From assembly GCA_964016885.1 (NCBI GenBank), contig OZ024742.1, positions 98,146,001-98,210,000 on the forward strand: DNA of 64,000 nucleotides, read 5' to 3'. The position numbers and the translations under genes were made by a program. Below are positions 36,470-51,060 of this stretch, piece by piece. The notes under the pieces were generated by a model. That model was not told the origin of the DNA. It worked only from the letters and a program-made list of their open reading frames with translations, and did not search any database. The stretch comes from Eledone cirrhosa (lineage: Eukaryota). The first letter of the stretch is position 1. Every line of letters starts with the position of its first letter.

Positions 36470-37500
36470 AAGCATTTGAGAGTTTCGAGCAATAGAGGAG
36501 TATTCCACTTTTTTATATTTTAGCGACCAAATCAGTTCTGACAGGGCCGTGCTAGACCTTTTATCAACTCTTTTATATGAGTGGCGATGGTTGTACCACC
36601 TTTCCTTCAATCTAGTAGAAATTGCACCAATATATATATATATTAGTCTTATTACTCGTTTTTACTTCACATACATAAACAATATTTTTCTCTAAACTAA
36701 TTTTTCATTGGGCAACTATTACGATTTCTGTAATTGCAATTATTTACATTACCATTCGTTATTCCCAACCTGTGTCAGCGTGGCCGTTGGTTTATCTCAT
36801 TTATACTAATGGTGTTATCCTTGTTATTCAAGTTGCTGTTTACTCTATCATTGTTTCTGTGTTGGCTATTCTGGGTTACCCTTATATTTAATTCCAAGAT
36901 TTCTATTGTTAAATTTCGCTATATTCTGGGCTATTTGACTGTATTTATGTGATCTAGGAAAACATTTAACTAGTGCGTTATAAAAGGCCTAGTTCTGTTT
37001 GTTTGTGGTACAAAGGAGTGGAGTGGATTATACCACAGAACGGAGTGGGATCTAACAATTTGGTGGTATTTGAGTTATATCTATTTGAAGCCGGATTTGT
37101 CCCGTCTTTATTGTTTTGTGTTCGAGTACCCCTATTATTTCCATTACCGCTAATTGTATGTTTGTTAGTGTCTATGTCTATGGTTTGTTTGTGTAGTTGT
37201 TTCTATCTATAAGCCTGTACTCAAATTTGTCCTGATAACCTGCTCTAAATAATGCATTATTATAGTATCTAGGCTTGACATCGAAGATTTCCCTGTTAGC
37301 TAAGAGTCTAGATATTCTCTGCTCTACAATTTTGAATATGGCCTACTTAACGTTTCTATGGTGATTTGAGAAGTAACTAATATAATTGGGGTTTTCATTT
37401 AATTTACGGTGTAGGTAGTATTTCTTGTTTATTATTATTATAATAAAACACCGGATGTAAAGAAAATGTCGGCAGATTTTCAATCAACTAACATTCTTCA
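36470..37500 (-). mobile_element. Degraded PLE (RT C-terminus plus GIY-YIG)
   Basis: Minus strand gives CNCNYRNR...YIYIGAISTRLKERWYNHRHSYKRVDKRSSTALSELIWSLK. Confidence 0.8.
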
Positions 37501-37505
37501 CTTCA

Positions 37506-37578
<73 letters not shown>

Positions 37579-37683
37579 GCCTTGACCGACCAGTCTGTCG
37601 GGCGTCCATTCACGCCGCTTGTACAGCACATCGTGGTGTTTTAGCCATAAGATGACGCCATCACACTGGCTGGGCGGGAAGGC

Positions 37684-37717
<34 letters not shown>

Positions 37718-37750
37718 TCTCTGGATTTTAGTCTTCAATTTTATTATTAT

Positions 37751-37787
<37 letters not shown>

Positions 37788-38159
37788 CGGTTTCTATGTT
37801 GCACGTTTATTCCTTTCCAGAATCTAACTTTATCAACGAAATAAAACCACTTCATATTTCTTTAGATATTTTTAAAAATTCTATTGCTCGATGATCCCTA
37901 ATCACCTTCAGTAATTTAGTGAAGATTTATCAGGGAGAGAGAAGACATTTTAAACGAAGGAAATATTACAAATTTCTGTTACTAGCTCTCATGTCAACAC
38001 AATTAAAATATGAAAAATATGAAAAATATGACGAAAATGTATTAGAAATATATGGTATCTTCATTCAACCATATATATTTACAATCACTCATACATACAC
38101 ACAGACACACACACACACATATATATATGTATGTAAATATATATATATATGTATATATA

Positions 38160-38278
38160 TATATTTCGTTTCTGAATTTGTTTAGCAAGATTCTTTATCT
38201 GAAATCGTGTGTTGAAACCGATATTGTTATACTTTGGGAGGGTTATTGGCAACATGACCCTCCCAAAGTATAACAATA
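38160..38278. mobile_element. Family-A pLTR terminal fragment with a short fold-back, set in (TA)n
   Basis: Matches 4260-4341; tattgttatactttgggagggt pairs with accctcccaaagtataacaata. Confidence 0.85.
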
Positions 38279-38383
38279 TATATATATATATATATTAATA
38301 TAAATATATATATACATATATTATATATATATAAATATATATATATATAAATATATATATATATAGATATATATATATATAAT

Positions 38384-38442
<59 letters not shown>

Positions 38443-39044
38443 CTGTGTGTATGTATGAGTGATTGTATATATATGGCTGAATGAAGATATAATATATTTC
38501 TAATACATATATATATATAATCAAATATATATGTGTGTGTGTGTGTGTGTGTAAATATATTTCCAACATATGAATACTTACATATGTAAATGAATGTTAT
38601 CTTCTGTGTACATATATAATTTGATAATTCTAATCATAGAAACCAATTATTATCTACCCATCCCCATACCTCACCCTGACAAACGATATAAAAAAAATAC
38701 TATAATGATATTTATTTTTTTCTCGGTAGGTGTATTCATTTGTTTTAATATTTGTTTTATTTCTTTTGTTTACTTATGTGACTTTGTCTAAGAATGTGTT
38801 GATAACGATTTATTTGTGTCTTGTTTTTCATTTAACTGCTTTGATTTTAGAATTCTAATTCATTATATTTTTTCAGTCTTCTCATATATATTTTTCTCTG
38901 TTTACTTTTAAAGCCCTTTAAAAATTTATATATTTGATAATTCTTTTATAAAAATATGTTAATTATATTATCAAAGATATATTTTCTTTAATTAGATATG
39001 ATTTATTTATTTACCTAATCAGACATATATTCTTAGATTTCATT

Positions 39045-39104
39045 TCTTCTTCTTCTTCTTCTTCTTCTTCTTCTTCTTCTTCTTCTTCTTCTTCTTCTTC
39101 TTCT

Positions 39105-39136
<32 letters not shown>

Positions 39137-42100
39137 TTCTTCTTCTTCTTCTTCTTCTTCTTCTTCTTCTTCTTCTTCTTCTTCTTCTTCTTCTTCTTCT
39201 TCTTCTTCTTCTTCTTCTTCTTCTTCTTCTTCTTCTTCTTCTTCTTCTTCTTCTTCTTCTTTGTATCTTAGTCATGGCTGTTATTTTTAAAGCAAATTTG
39301 CGCTAATGAACATCAAGCCGTTTCCCGCAGCCTCCGATAATCACTACGTTTTGGAGGGTCATTGCTGATCCGAGTTGGTATGTCTAATGGGAGCTGGGCT
39401 AATGTTCTTTAAATAGCCTTAGAATCTGTTCGTACACCTATGACGATGGGAACGACGTTGATTTGATGACAATCCCAAAATCTTTAGAATTCCCACTTTA
39501 GATCCTGGTATCGGTTACTTTTCTCCTTCTCCTTTTCTTGTTGTCTTTTTTCAAACGTTCAAGCTACATTTATAATCAAACAAGCTCTATTTTTGTCTAA
39601 ACCTCGACGTATCCGCTTGTATTCTCAAATCACACAGCACCTTTATTCGATCGTAATCTATCACTGATTCTGTCTTATGCTCGCACCATTCGTCTGAATG
39701 ATGAAATTTGCTCAGTTTGCATAAATGCCAGTAAATCACGTTTTCTACGATTTCATGCATCCATCCGTTACAGTGTGTCTGGGCTTGGTATTTACACTTG
39801 TATACGATATGAGCCACAATTACCACTCTCTTCACAGATCCTACAGAGCGAGCTAGCCTCCTTCTTGTTAATGTGGTGTTTCATCCACTTTGTTCTAAAG
39901 GATTGCTCATGTGCAGCTAGTGGCATTCCCTATGTAGCCTTTTAAAGTCCTCTTTCTTTAACCATTTCCATTTCTGCGGATATTTGAATTCTGTTTTCTT
40001 CGAGAAAATGCTATTAAGGGCCATTTCATTCAGGTTGTTTTTCTTCTTTGTTGTTATTTCTTTATTGGACATAACCAGGTCTATTGTCTCCTCTTTCAAT
40101 GTAGCCGTAGGCAATGGTTCGTTAGTCATAGACACATATTTGTGTAAACAGATCTTCTCTTTCTGAACACAGTCCCTCACGCTGATTAGACAACATCCAG
40201 CTTTAGATCTCATTAAGTACATTCTATGAACATCACCCTACGTATGGAATATTAAGTAGAGAGTAATTAGTTTGCTTGTCTTTCTATCCTGTTCTTTTTA
40301 TTCGTTTACATTCCATTATAGAATTCCCGCCCTCTACCTAATACAGCTCGGGACATTACTGTACTTAAGTCATATCTAATATTCAGATGTGATTGTAGTA
40401 TGTTCCTTATTCTCCTTATGTATTTAGATCTCAGTATCTCCTTCGTTTTATTCTCCTTGATGTTATCCGCCTCCAGGAAACCCAAATACATATACACCTC
40501 CTTTATCATCACACCTGTTGGTACCTCGATTGCTTTGCTTCTCCTCGATTTACCTCTCTCCATCACTAGGACGCCACACTTATTAACACCAAATTCCATA
40601 CATATATTATTGGTGAAAAACGAATACTGTTACGTACATCCCATGCCTCATTCTTCCCGAAGAGTTTCAGGTCATTCATGAAAAAGAGGTGGTTGATATT
40701 AGCACTCCTCTTCCCAGTTCGTATCCTGCCTTCATTATTTGCAATACCAGGGACAAGGGTATGCGTGTAAGGAGAAATAATAAAGGACTATCTCCTTGGA
40801 AAATACCTCTTTTGACTTTCCCTCTTCCCAAGGATTTTTTCTGTGATGTGATCTCTGTTTCCCAGGTTTCATATTATCATTTAATAGCAGTTTGATGTCT
40901 GCCCCATTGAAGATTTCAAGTCACTTGGTTATCCTAGAATTAGGAACCATGTCGAATGCCTTCTTGTAATTTATCCATCCCATGGCAAGAACAGTATAGC
41001 TCCTTGTGCAGTCCATTATTATCATATTGTGGATTGGCAGTATCGGTAGAGAGTCGAACGTCATGCTTTGACGCATAGAGTTACGGACCTTGCCATTCTG
41101 AGTTCAGATCCCGCCAAAGTTAACTTTGCCTTTCATCCTTACGGGGTCGATAAAATAAAGTACCAGTAATACACTGGGTAATTGTTGGCCTTGAGTCAAA
41201 AGTAGAAACAATTATTATCTTATTGTCAATAAGTAACTGGTCTGTTGTACTAGGGACTTCTTTCGGCGTCTTTTCTGTACCTCCGAAAATAATTTGTTTT
41301 TGTTGAGGTTGTGGTAGATTTCCTCAGACATCATACTTGTTAGTAATTTCCACATCAAGGACAGATGTATGATAGGCGTAGATTTGGTAACGCTATTTCC
41401 GTTGGCTTGGTCTTTCATTATTTGAACTGTGGAACCTTTTGTAAACCACTGCGGCCCTTCACACGACACCAAATGTCATTGAATATCGCTGTCAGTATCA
41501 TGTTGAGAGAAGTTATATTTTAGTCAACTACCCTTACACATCATCAGGGCTTGGTGATTTCCATTTAGTTAATTTATTGGCCTGGCTTTTAAGGGTTTAA
41601 ACCGATATACTCAAATCAAGTTGTTGTTGTGCTTCTTCATTAAATTCCTTTTTAACTGTTTCAATCCACTTTGCTCCACTATTATGTTCAACATTCTGCT
41701 TCCTCAATCCTCTCCAAAATCTGTTGATATGTTCCACCCCAGGAATAGCCCTGTTGCATCTCTCTTTCCCTTCAATCTATTTAAATAACATCTCCCAGTT
41801 TTTCTCGATCATACGATTTGTCTATACTGGCTAACTCTTCTCTTCTTTCTTTTCATTTTTGCACTGTTGACTATGACACGTTGCTTTAGTTCCTCGGTCA
41901 TAACATTTAGCCCCTTTTCCTTTGTGTTGTATTTCCTTGTCAATTATCCTTAGTATATGTGTTTTGTAATGAACCGTTTAATAAAGACTCAAGTTTCACG
42001 ATATCCTTCCTTATTTCCTTTTAGATAGATATTTGTATAAACAGTTTTCCTCTCCATCTGAACACAGCTCTCCCTCCACGCTGATAATACCTCTTCCATT

Positions 42101-42250
42101 TTCAGATCTCTTTAAGTACAATATATCAAAATCACACCTCTTATGAGACATATTGGAAGTAATCATTAATTTCATTTTCTTTCTATCCAGTTCTTCTAGC
42201 TTGTTTAAATTCTATTTAAGAATTCTCTCGCGGTACAAAATAATAGGCAC
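39045..42250 (-). mobile_element. Degraded R4/Dong-type non-LTR retrotransposon (RT, CCHC zinc knuckle, REL endonuclease) with a (GAA)n 3' tail
   Basis: PQWFTKGSTVQIMKD..PIIHLSLMWKLLT, MEFGVNKCGVL..YMYLG, VAHIV..C, KVLCDLRIQAD, EKEKEK..RYQDLKWE and VVPIVIG; (TTC)n at 39045-39260 on the plus strand. Confidence 0.85.
41028..41215 (+). mobile_element. tRNA-derived SINE inserted into the LINE
   Basis: gtggattggcagtatcggtagag...ctgagttcagatcccgcc..gttaactttgcctttcatccttacggggtcgataaaataaagtaccagt. Confidence 0.85.
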
Positions 42251-43019
42251 ATGATTATGATTACTATTATTGGTTTTTCATGCAGGCATCACGCATACAT
42301 CTGCTACGTGGGCTTTCTTGATTTTAACATGTTTATATACCATTTTTGTTAAGTATTATAAACTGTAAACACATATCCGCAGAAAAGGCGATCGCATAAT
42401 ATTCTAATTACATTTGCCACTTTGTGCATAAATTTCTAAAATAAAATGGAGATTAACACCCTCTCCCCATCCATGGGGCAGATCAGTGAAAGTGGAAAGC
42501 TACACGAAAATAGCATGCTGCATATTCTCCATAACAGCCAGAAAACCTAAGTGAATAATACCACTACTATCATTACCACCACAACAACAACAGCAGCAGC
42601 AACCACGACGGCAACTACAAATGCAGCAGCAGCAACAAGCAGCAACAATGGCAATAACAACAGCAGCTACAGCAAAAACAACGACAACAATATCAACAAG
42701 TACAAGAACAATAGTACGTTCCTCAGCTTCGGCTGGTAAAATTGTTCCAGGAGGGACACATATTTGGCTCAGACAAGTGTCCCGCGAGAGGCTTTGGCAG
42801 CGACAGAAAAACAGAAACTTTAACCTGCATGGCCCCACATTCCCATGTGCAGTTAATTCGAAAATGCTTAAAGCCAGACATACAACACATTGACGGGAGC
42901 AGACACCAGCCCGGATATGTCAGTGGGTTTACTGCTCGGCACATTCCAAAATAGAAACAATCATGTTTTAATAGACTCTAACACAGGAACACGTGACATT
43001 TCCCACCCCTATATTCTGC

Positions 43020-45790
43020 AGTTACATACTGTGTCCTGTTTCCTTATGGTCTTTAGATAGTTTCTTGTGGGAAGACTTTGATTGCAGCAAATAAAGATAT
43101 TTCAGTCTCAGCTTTAATTTACTTCTTTTTATCGAGCTTTGTGTAATTTGCTTTTCCATATCTTCCTTAGTCAGTTTGTTCGGATATTGACTCTGATTGG
43201 ATTTATCCGGCCACCCTTTTAACATAGCATTCTGGAGGTATGTTGTTAATTTGGATTTCATCTATTTCGCAGTTTCTGCTCCTGTCTTTTCTGTTTTCAT
43301 TTTCCACATAATTATCTCTCAATTCAGCTCCTGTTTTAAAATTTCTAGCGCTCTTGATTATTTCTGTTTTGTTGATATATCAACTTTCAATTATTATTCA
43401 TTAGATATGTTTTCTTAGACGAATAACTTGGTTATTTTATAATAGTTTTCTAAGTGCATGAGCCCCCTTCCCCTGTATTTATGGTAGATATAATGTTTCT
43501 TGATTTGGATGTTGCGTCCTAAATGCAGGTTTTACTGGGGGTGGGGGTGGGGGCGTTGCCTGATTTGCCCTGTTAGTTCTTTTAGTGAAAAGTTAAAATT
43601 GTACCACATTATTTAGGTCGTCGGAGTATTTATGCCTATTACCTTAGAATTACAAAGAATAACACACAAAGATAAAAGAGAGAATTAGAAAGGAATACTA
43701 TTGATAGAGTAAAGTGTTATTTAGGACAGAATTAATGGGAAAGAAAGCCTTAAGTAGTTATCTAATCCCTCGATAATATTCCTTTGTAATATTTTCATTC
43801 ATCTTTGTGTGTTGAAAACCGGCAATTCCATTGACTCTTAATTATTTATATATCTGTTTGATATAATTCTCTTATCTCAGTTTCTTTATCTGTCGTAATA
43901 TAAGAGTTTTTCATTAATGTTTGTCTTTCGGGTTACCTTGGTACATATTTCTAGTCTACATTTCATGTCTATTTCTTCTTTTTGAATCCATGTTCTGTCT
44001 GCAGTTGTTTCTGGTTATCTCTCATCTGTAGCATACAGCTTTAGATTGTCCATATACAGGAGGTGGTTGATTTTCTTTGCGTACGACTTATTGCCAAGTC
44101 CAGGCCTGTTTAGTATCTCATATAATGGTTTCAGTGCTATTCAGAAGGGGAATTGTAAATGACAGTACCATTGAAATATTCCTCTTTTAATTGGGAAGGG
44201 TACTGTTTTTATAAATCTATCTTTCGTTTGTATTTGCAGCGCTTTTTGCCATTTACTCACAGCATGTTTGATGAATATCTTTATGGTTGGTGCTATGTTG
44301 ATTATGGGTAGAATATTCACTATCCACACATGGGGAACACTGTTAAAATTTTTCTGAAAATTAATAGATACCATTCTGAAATATTTGCTTTTCTTTTTCT
44401 TCATATTTATATTATGGCTTTGTGGATTAGTAATTAATCTCTAAAGCTATATGGTCCTTTGCAGCGTTCTTGCTGCTGTTCTAGCAACATGTGCTTTTCA
44501 ACTGCTTGTTCAGTTTCTGAGATAGTATTGCAGTTAAAGTCTTATTCGTTATATGTAGATAAGTTATGGGCGTGTAGTTGTCATGGTTTTCCGTGTTCTT
44601 ATTCGTAGGAATGTCCTTTAGTCAACCAGTCGTTGTCATTTCAAGCTTCTTCAGTGCTCATTACATTTTTTCAAGTACTTTCATTAAGTATTTTAAATAG
44701 AAGTTAGGTATTTTGCCATGTTCTGCTGACTTCTTGTTTGGTTTTGTCTATATTTAGATAATTTCACTGTTTGGATATCTTCCCATAGTTGTTCTCGGCT
44801 GTGGCTGTTGATCTTACTGTTTCTGTGCGACACGATACCCTTGCTGCCCACCATTATTCCTAGCACGCATCCACTTCTTTTATATTAAGTGCTACATTTA
44901 CCTCAATTGAGTTTATACTAATTTTCTTATAGCATCGTTTTAGGTTGGAATGAAATTGATGGTTTTGTTAAAAAAAGTATCAACATTTTTCATGGATCCA
45001 GATTATTTGTGTCTTCATAAGTATATGTTATTTCAGTCATTTCGTAGTTTCAGTAATTTTACTTTCTCTTATTTTATATTTCTTTACTATTTATATTTTC
45101 TCCCCTGCCTAAATGAGTTGCTTTCTTTTCTATTTCATTTGCGATTGAGAGAACTTGTCTTTTATTTTCTATCTTCTTTAACATCAATGTCCATTTTTGT
45201 GTAGGTTTTACTTGTTTATGTAAAACTGAGTACCCAATTTCTCTCGTATCAATTGTCACTGCTGCACATATTATAGTTTTCAGCCTTGTGATAATAATGT
45301 TTCTCTTTGTGTTAATTACATCTATGGTGACCAGGCTAGCGTGTTATGTAATTGTTGCAAATTCACCAATGAATTTTAACTTTGAGAGATCTTTTCGTTT
45401 TTCAATTTAGTAATCATCTATTGAATATAGTTCTTTGATTATTTCCATATATACCATAATCTGGTTCTGAATTCTGTCATCAGAGTTTCTATTACTTACA
45501 TTCTCTTCTTCCTATTTCCTTTCATTCATAAATTCGGTTGTGTTTTCCTGAACCAGTTTAGTATCCTTTATGTCCTTTAACGTTGGATTTCTGTTCCTTT
45601 CTTTATATATTTTGGATATTTTGGTTTCATCTTCATGGTTACATTTTCAATATTTATGTTCGTTAGTTATTCCTAGGTTCTTTTGGATGCCCTATTTCAA
45701 TTTCTAATATTATTGTTTTTAGCGTATATGTTTTCTTATGTTTGCCAGTTTGTTGGTGTCGAGTTTCAAATGAGTATACTGTTGTGTTTT
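43020..45790 (-). mobile_element. Second degraded R4/Dong-type LINE (N-terminal region through RT)
   Basis: INFQKNFNSVPHVWI, IKRGIFQ and INHLLYMDNLKLYA at about 44030-44075; short internal inverted piece at 43655-43745. Confidence 0.75.
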
Positions 45791-46129
45791 CAATTTTAGG
45801 ATACGGTGTAGCCGTATAATTTGCATGTAGAATGCAAACATTATTTTTGAGTCAATTTTTGTATTTTCAATTTTATTTCCAGCACTTGAGGTGTAATTTC
45901 CGCCCCTTCATTTAGAATGTCATAATTTTTGGCAAGGAACCATTTTTTTGGTTTCTATTGTTTTAAGTTTTTACACGCATAGGCCGTATTTTTTCCATAA
46001 ATTCAAAGTGCGTATTTCCGTGTTTTATTTGGTTCCTGGAGAATTATACGTTCTTCATTTGTTTAATGTTTAATGTTTAATGTTTTTCCCTGTAATTGTT
46101 TTGTCTTTTAATCAATATTGCGTAACGCA

Positions 46130-46731
46130 CGTTCATATGAATAATTGTAATGAATCAAATATCAATAAATGTTATGAATGTTATTTACATGCATCGGCGT
46201 TTGTTGTTTGTTTTTTTCCATTTGGATTTTTAATGTTTTAGTTGATACAGAACTATCCACGTCGTTTTAACAATGCATTTCAACTCGCTGCATTTTACCC
46301 GTGTTTCCAAAATTAACAAAAGAGATTTTTTTGGCTATACATAAAATATGTTTCCTAGTGTTCGTTGGTTACTGTCTATCATGCACATTTGTGTTATTCA
46401 CTTTTATTTTGGTAATGTTAATGCATTACTTTCAAAATTTTCGATGGGCTTCATAGTCGGAGTATATGGTGTTATTCAGACCCTCTGCGAAACACCGTGA
46501 TATAGATAACTAGGGAACAATATCAATGATAATGGCTTTGGAGAGATTATCGGCGTCGAAAAAACTGTCTGAATTCAATGCATTCTTCTTTGATTCTTCA
46601 CAGACAACTTGGTACACTTTTCGTGACTTCAGATGCACTTTAATCTCATTATCTCAAATATTATTTACAGTGATCGATTATATTAAATCTATATATATTC
46701 CGCGAATGTCTGCAAAGGAGAACATAAGTGC
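46130..46731. repeat. Left arm of a ~600-bp inverted repeat whose partner is 49622-50228
   Basis: For example gatgcactttaatctcattatctcaaatattatttacag pairs with ctgtaaataatatttgagataatgagattaaagtgcatc. Confidence 0.9.
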
Positions 46732-46754
46732 ATGTGGCATGAACTTACGTGTGA

Positions 46755-46802
<48 letters not shown>

Positions 46803-46957
46803 CTCTAAGTCCAGAATTAGCCGTCGAAACGGCTTGAGCTCAGCTGTCGGGGTCCTACTCGTTCCTATTACCCATTCTACTACCCTAAGTATTGAGTATT
46901 TTGGTGCGTTATGGTCCACCTGGTTCCTTACCACATTTCCTTTGTTACACACACACG

Positions 46958-47018
<61 letters not shown>

Positions 47019-47269
47019 TTAAGGGCGTCATGTCTGAGAGACATGCGCTATATCAACTGCAGAATAAGCTCAAAGATACGAATGAATAGATCCGAGCATT
47101 TCATATCAGCTAGAAATATATTGACATATATCCTCATCATCATCGTTTAACGTCCATCTTTCACGCTAGCATAGGTTAAAATAAACATATGAAAAATTCA
47201 CTTGCAATCAAATTATTCCCTGTGATTGTTTCATGTTTATTTTATATATATATATATATATATGTCAAT

Positions 47270-49150
47270 CTATTTCTAGTTGATTGACCTCCTCCAATCC
47301 AGTCTATGGACTTCGCTGCATGGTGTGCAGCGCAACCTGCGTCGGACAGACTGGACGTCGCCTGGCGGACCTTTTTTACCGAACACCTCTGGGATATTCG
47401 TCTCGGCGGTATTTCCCCCATCGCCCACCACTTTGGCGCTCCTGGACATTCCGCGCACCGCCTCACAGTCTGTGACCTACTCCAATGCCACGGAACACCC
47501 GCCACCCTCCTCAGGGTCGAACAACGCACCATCTTCACCCTACAGACCCACACTCCCCCCGGACTGAACTCCCCACCCCTATTCCTTTAGCCTTCGACCT
47601 CCCTGTCCCCCCTACACACACATATATCCCCCACCAACACCACTAACACAGACCTCCTTTTAACCGCCCGCCCCACGACTAGCAATACTAACACCCCCGA
47701 CCCCATACCTGACCAGCCTTCCCCAACTAACAATACTAAGATCCCTTCTTTATTCTCCCCCCTCCTCTCACGCACACACCCACCGGTACATATATACACG
47801 CACTCACACTAACCACACCCCCTACTACCACCACTAACCCTCACACCCACACATCCACTCCCACCACCCCACAACTAATACCACTAACACCCCCCGACCC
47901 CACGCACACGAATACACACACCCATTTACACCACCTACTCTACACATCCTACCACCACTGACCCCCACTAACACCCTCATTCAACCCTTTCCCCACCACC
48001 AGTATGCTAACACCCACTAACACCCCCTTCACCACACACACACTCTTCCAAACACGCACACAAATCCAGTACACTACACTCCCTCCACCGGCCCCACACC
48101 TTTCTCTCCCCTCCCCCTCCCCGCTCCACCCACATCCCTTCTCACACACACACTCACATCCCACTAACACCTCTACTAATACACCCCCTTTCTCATTCCA
48201 CCTTTCACACCTACCCATCCGCTCCCCTGTCCACCGCACCTCCGCACACACTGACACACCAAATTTCGCCACCTGCCATTCTCCCCGACTGCTGAATCTC
48301 TGCCTACCTCTCCGCACACACAGACACACAACCCTCCTCCTGCCTTGACTCTCTGACCACTTCCTGTTGCGCGCGCACCACACATCTCCCCTCTTCCGAC
48401 CAACCCAACCACGGATTACATCATTGGACATCGTTCACACGAATCGACTCCATCACAAGGAAATTACCTGGCATTCCACCACATCCTCTACAGAACTACC
48501 TTAGGAACTCACCCACGGACATACACTAAACAAATTTTTTTTTCCCACACGCCACCTACATCCACAATACGTATAAACAGCACACACACGTGCGTACCAC
48601 CACATATTTACACACTCAGCCTCCGGAATCCTCTCGTCCCCTCCCCCACCCCTCTGACCCCTCCCCATCGACACACGCAAACACACACCGACGTACACCC
48701 CACCCCACACACACCTTTTCCTGAACATGCAACCCCGTTCTTCCTCCAACTCTCACATTCACATACACACGCACGTACACCTATACATACACACCACCTT
48801 CAGCCCTCCCCGCTCGGACACCCGCCTCCCTCTCCCCACTCCACCCGCCACCACCCCTACACGCCACACACCCTTCCACCACTTGTTTTGCTTCATGTTT
48901 ATTTTTATTTTTATTATGCTTTTATATTTATTTTCATTTGTACCGTTTCCTCTCACCCTCTTTTTTCTAAATGTCTCTCCCGCACTCCCCTACACACCCT
49001 TGGAAGTCTCTTCCCACACACTTTTCGCCTGAAGAAGGGCTTATGCTCGAAACGTTGTTGCCCACCACGCCCCACTGTCAAGAGCGTGAAACTAATAAAC
49101 CTTTGTTCGTACTGCCTCTCTGTTTTGTTCCCGTTCAATTTTTCACTATC
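47270..49150 (+). mobile_element. PLE 3' fragment: GIY-YIG, a long C/A-rich 3' region, an HHR and AATAAA
   Basis: TSSNPVYGLRCMVCSATCVGQTGRRLAD/FTEHLWDIRLGGISPIAHHF..VEQRTIFTLQTHTPPGLN with a frameshift near 47372. Confidence 0.88.
49025..49060 (+). ncRNA. Minimal hammerhead motif in the PLE 3' end
   Basis: CTGAAGA a gggc ttat gctc GAAA cg TT; palindromic ACGT stem III, weak stem I. Confidence 0.65.
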
Positions 49151-49238
49151 TATATATATATATTTTTATTGGGTTGTAACATAATTTCCTGCCATTTTTA
49201 ATATGAAGTTTTATAACAACGGCGGCGGGAATTTATCT

Positions 49239-49363
<125 letters not shown>

Positions 49364-49398
49364 CAAGCTAATTAGAACACTGGATTAACCCTTTTACT

Positions 49399-49436
49399 TC
49401 CCTCCGAAGAAGAGATATTATCTCGAAAATGAAGGA
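49399..49436 (+). ncRNA. Degenerate hammerhead-like motif in a short pLTR-like piece (about 49390-49590)
   Basis: tccct CCGAAGA a gagat att atctc GAAA atga agga. Confidence 0.4.
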
Positions 49437-49621
49437 TACTCAAATAAATTTAAGGTAAAAGACTAATTGTCAACAATATCTTTTGCATTTGTATTTATAT
49501 TCTATATCGATACCTGCATTGTTTTGGCCTTCCAACTCCAAATGTTTAAACGTCATTACGCAATGCTTCACGTAAACTACAATTTCCCGCTATATATATA
49601 TATATATATACACGTATATAT

Positions 49622-50228
49622 TCACTTATGTTATCTTTTGCAGACATTCGCCGAATATATATAGATTTAATATAATCGATCCCTGTAAATAATATTTGAG
49701 ATAATGAGATTAAAGTGCATCTGAAGTGGCGAAAAGTGTACCAAGTTGTCTGTGAAGAATCAAAGAAGAATGTATTGCACTCAGACAGTATTTACGACGC
49801 CGATAATCTCTCCAAAGCCATCATCATTCATATTGTTCCCTAGTTATCTATATCACGGTGTTTCGTAGAGGGTCTGAATAACACCATAGACTCTGACTAC
49901 GAATCCCCTCGAAAATCTTGAAAGTAATGCATTAACATTACCAAAATAAAAGTGAATAACACAAATGTGCATGATAGACAGTAACCAACGAAAACTAGGA
50001 AACATATTTTATATATAGCCAGAAAAAATCTCTTTTGTTAATTTTGGAAACACGAGTAAAATGCAGCGAGTTGAAATGCATTGTTAAAACGACGTGGAAA
50101 GTTCAGTATCAACTAAAACATCAAAAGTCCAAATGGAAAAAAAACAAACAACAAACGCCGATGCATGTAAATAACATTCATAACATTTATTGATACTGAT
50201 TCATTACAATTATTCATTTGAATGTGCG
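49622..50228. repeat. Right arm of the ~600-bp inverted repeat
   Basis: Reverse complement of 46130-46731 with scattered substitutions. Confidence 0.9.
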
Positions 50229-50234
50229 TTGTGT

Positions 50235-50281
<47 letters not shown>

Positions 50282-50624
50282 TCAGTAGTTAAGCAAATCA
50301 AGACCACAAGCTCACATAGATAACATTAGCCGAAAAGTATCAACATTAAGTGCAGTTTAATATAAAAAGGGTGTAATAATGTCAGTTTACAATTGTTTCA
50401 CTACTCCATATAATGTTTCTGTATCAATCGATGGTAATATCGTTAATGATTTGATTTGATAATTAACATCGAGCACCCGCTTCTAAGCTTTGGCTTCTAA
50501 TACCTTCACCAATCTCTCCTATCCTACCATTATCTATCTATTTAAGATTGGTTTACTCTTGGACTGTCTATATATATACACACACACATGTATATATATA
50601 TATATATACAGAGAGAGAGAGAGA

Positions 50625-50703
<79 letters not shown>

Positions 50704-50929
50704 TGCGAGAGAAAGAAGGACACTGCCTAATTGAATGATGGGCATGTATGCTTGCATGCTTGCAACAAGCAATATGCATGCCCCCCAGCGCGTTTTATTT
50801 GTGGAGTTGTGTGTGCGTATGTGTAAATCTGTGTTACACTTTATAAAAGTACAGTTACATTTTTACCTCGCGTTGATTTGTAATTTAGACACAAAGCTAA
50901 ACAATTTTTGGGACGGTCAATATTGAGTA

Positions 50930-51060
50930 AAATTAACCCAACTACTTGACTGGTATATTTGTTTTATCCATCCTAGAATTGGGTTAGTCAAGGCTTAATT
51001 CGGCGGGATTTGAACACATTATGTAAACTATCAGAACAAATTCTACAAAAGAGGTCTACC
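50930..51060 (-). mobile_element. tRNA-derived SINE, diverged
   Basis: gactggtatatt...cggcgggatttgaac is the reverse complement of the SINE body and B box. Confidence 0.55.

Noticed and set aside
37875-37918. Minus-strand CTGAAGG tgatt agg gatca tc GAGC hammerhead-like motif
   Set aside because: Three core positions are mismatched; too degenerate to call
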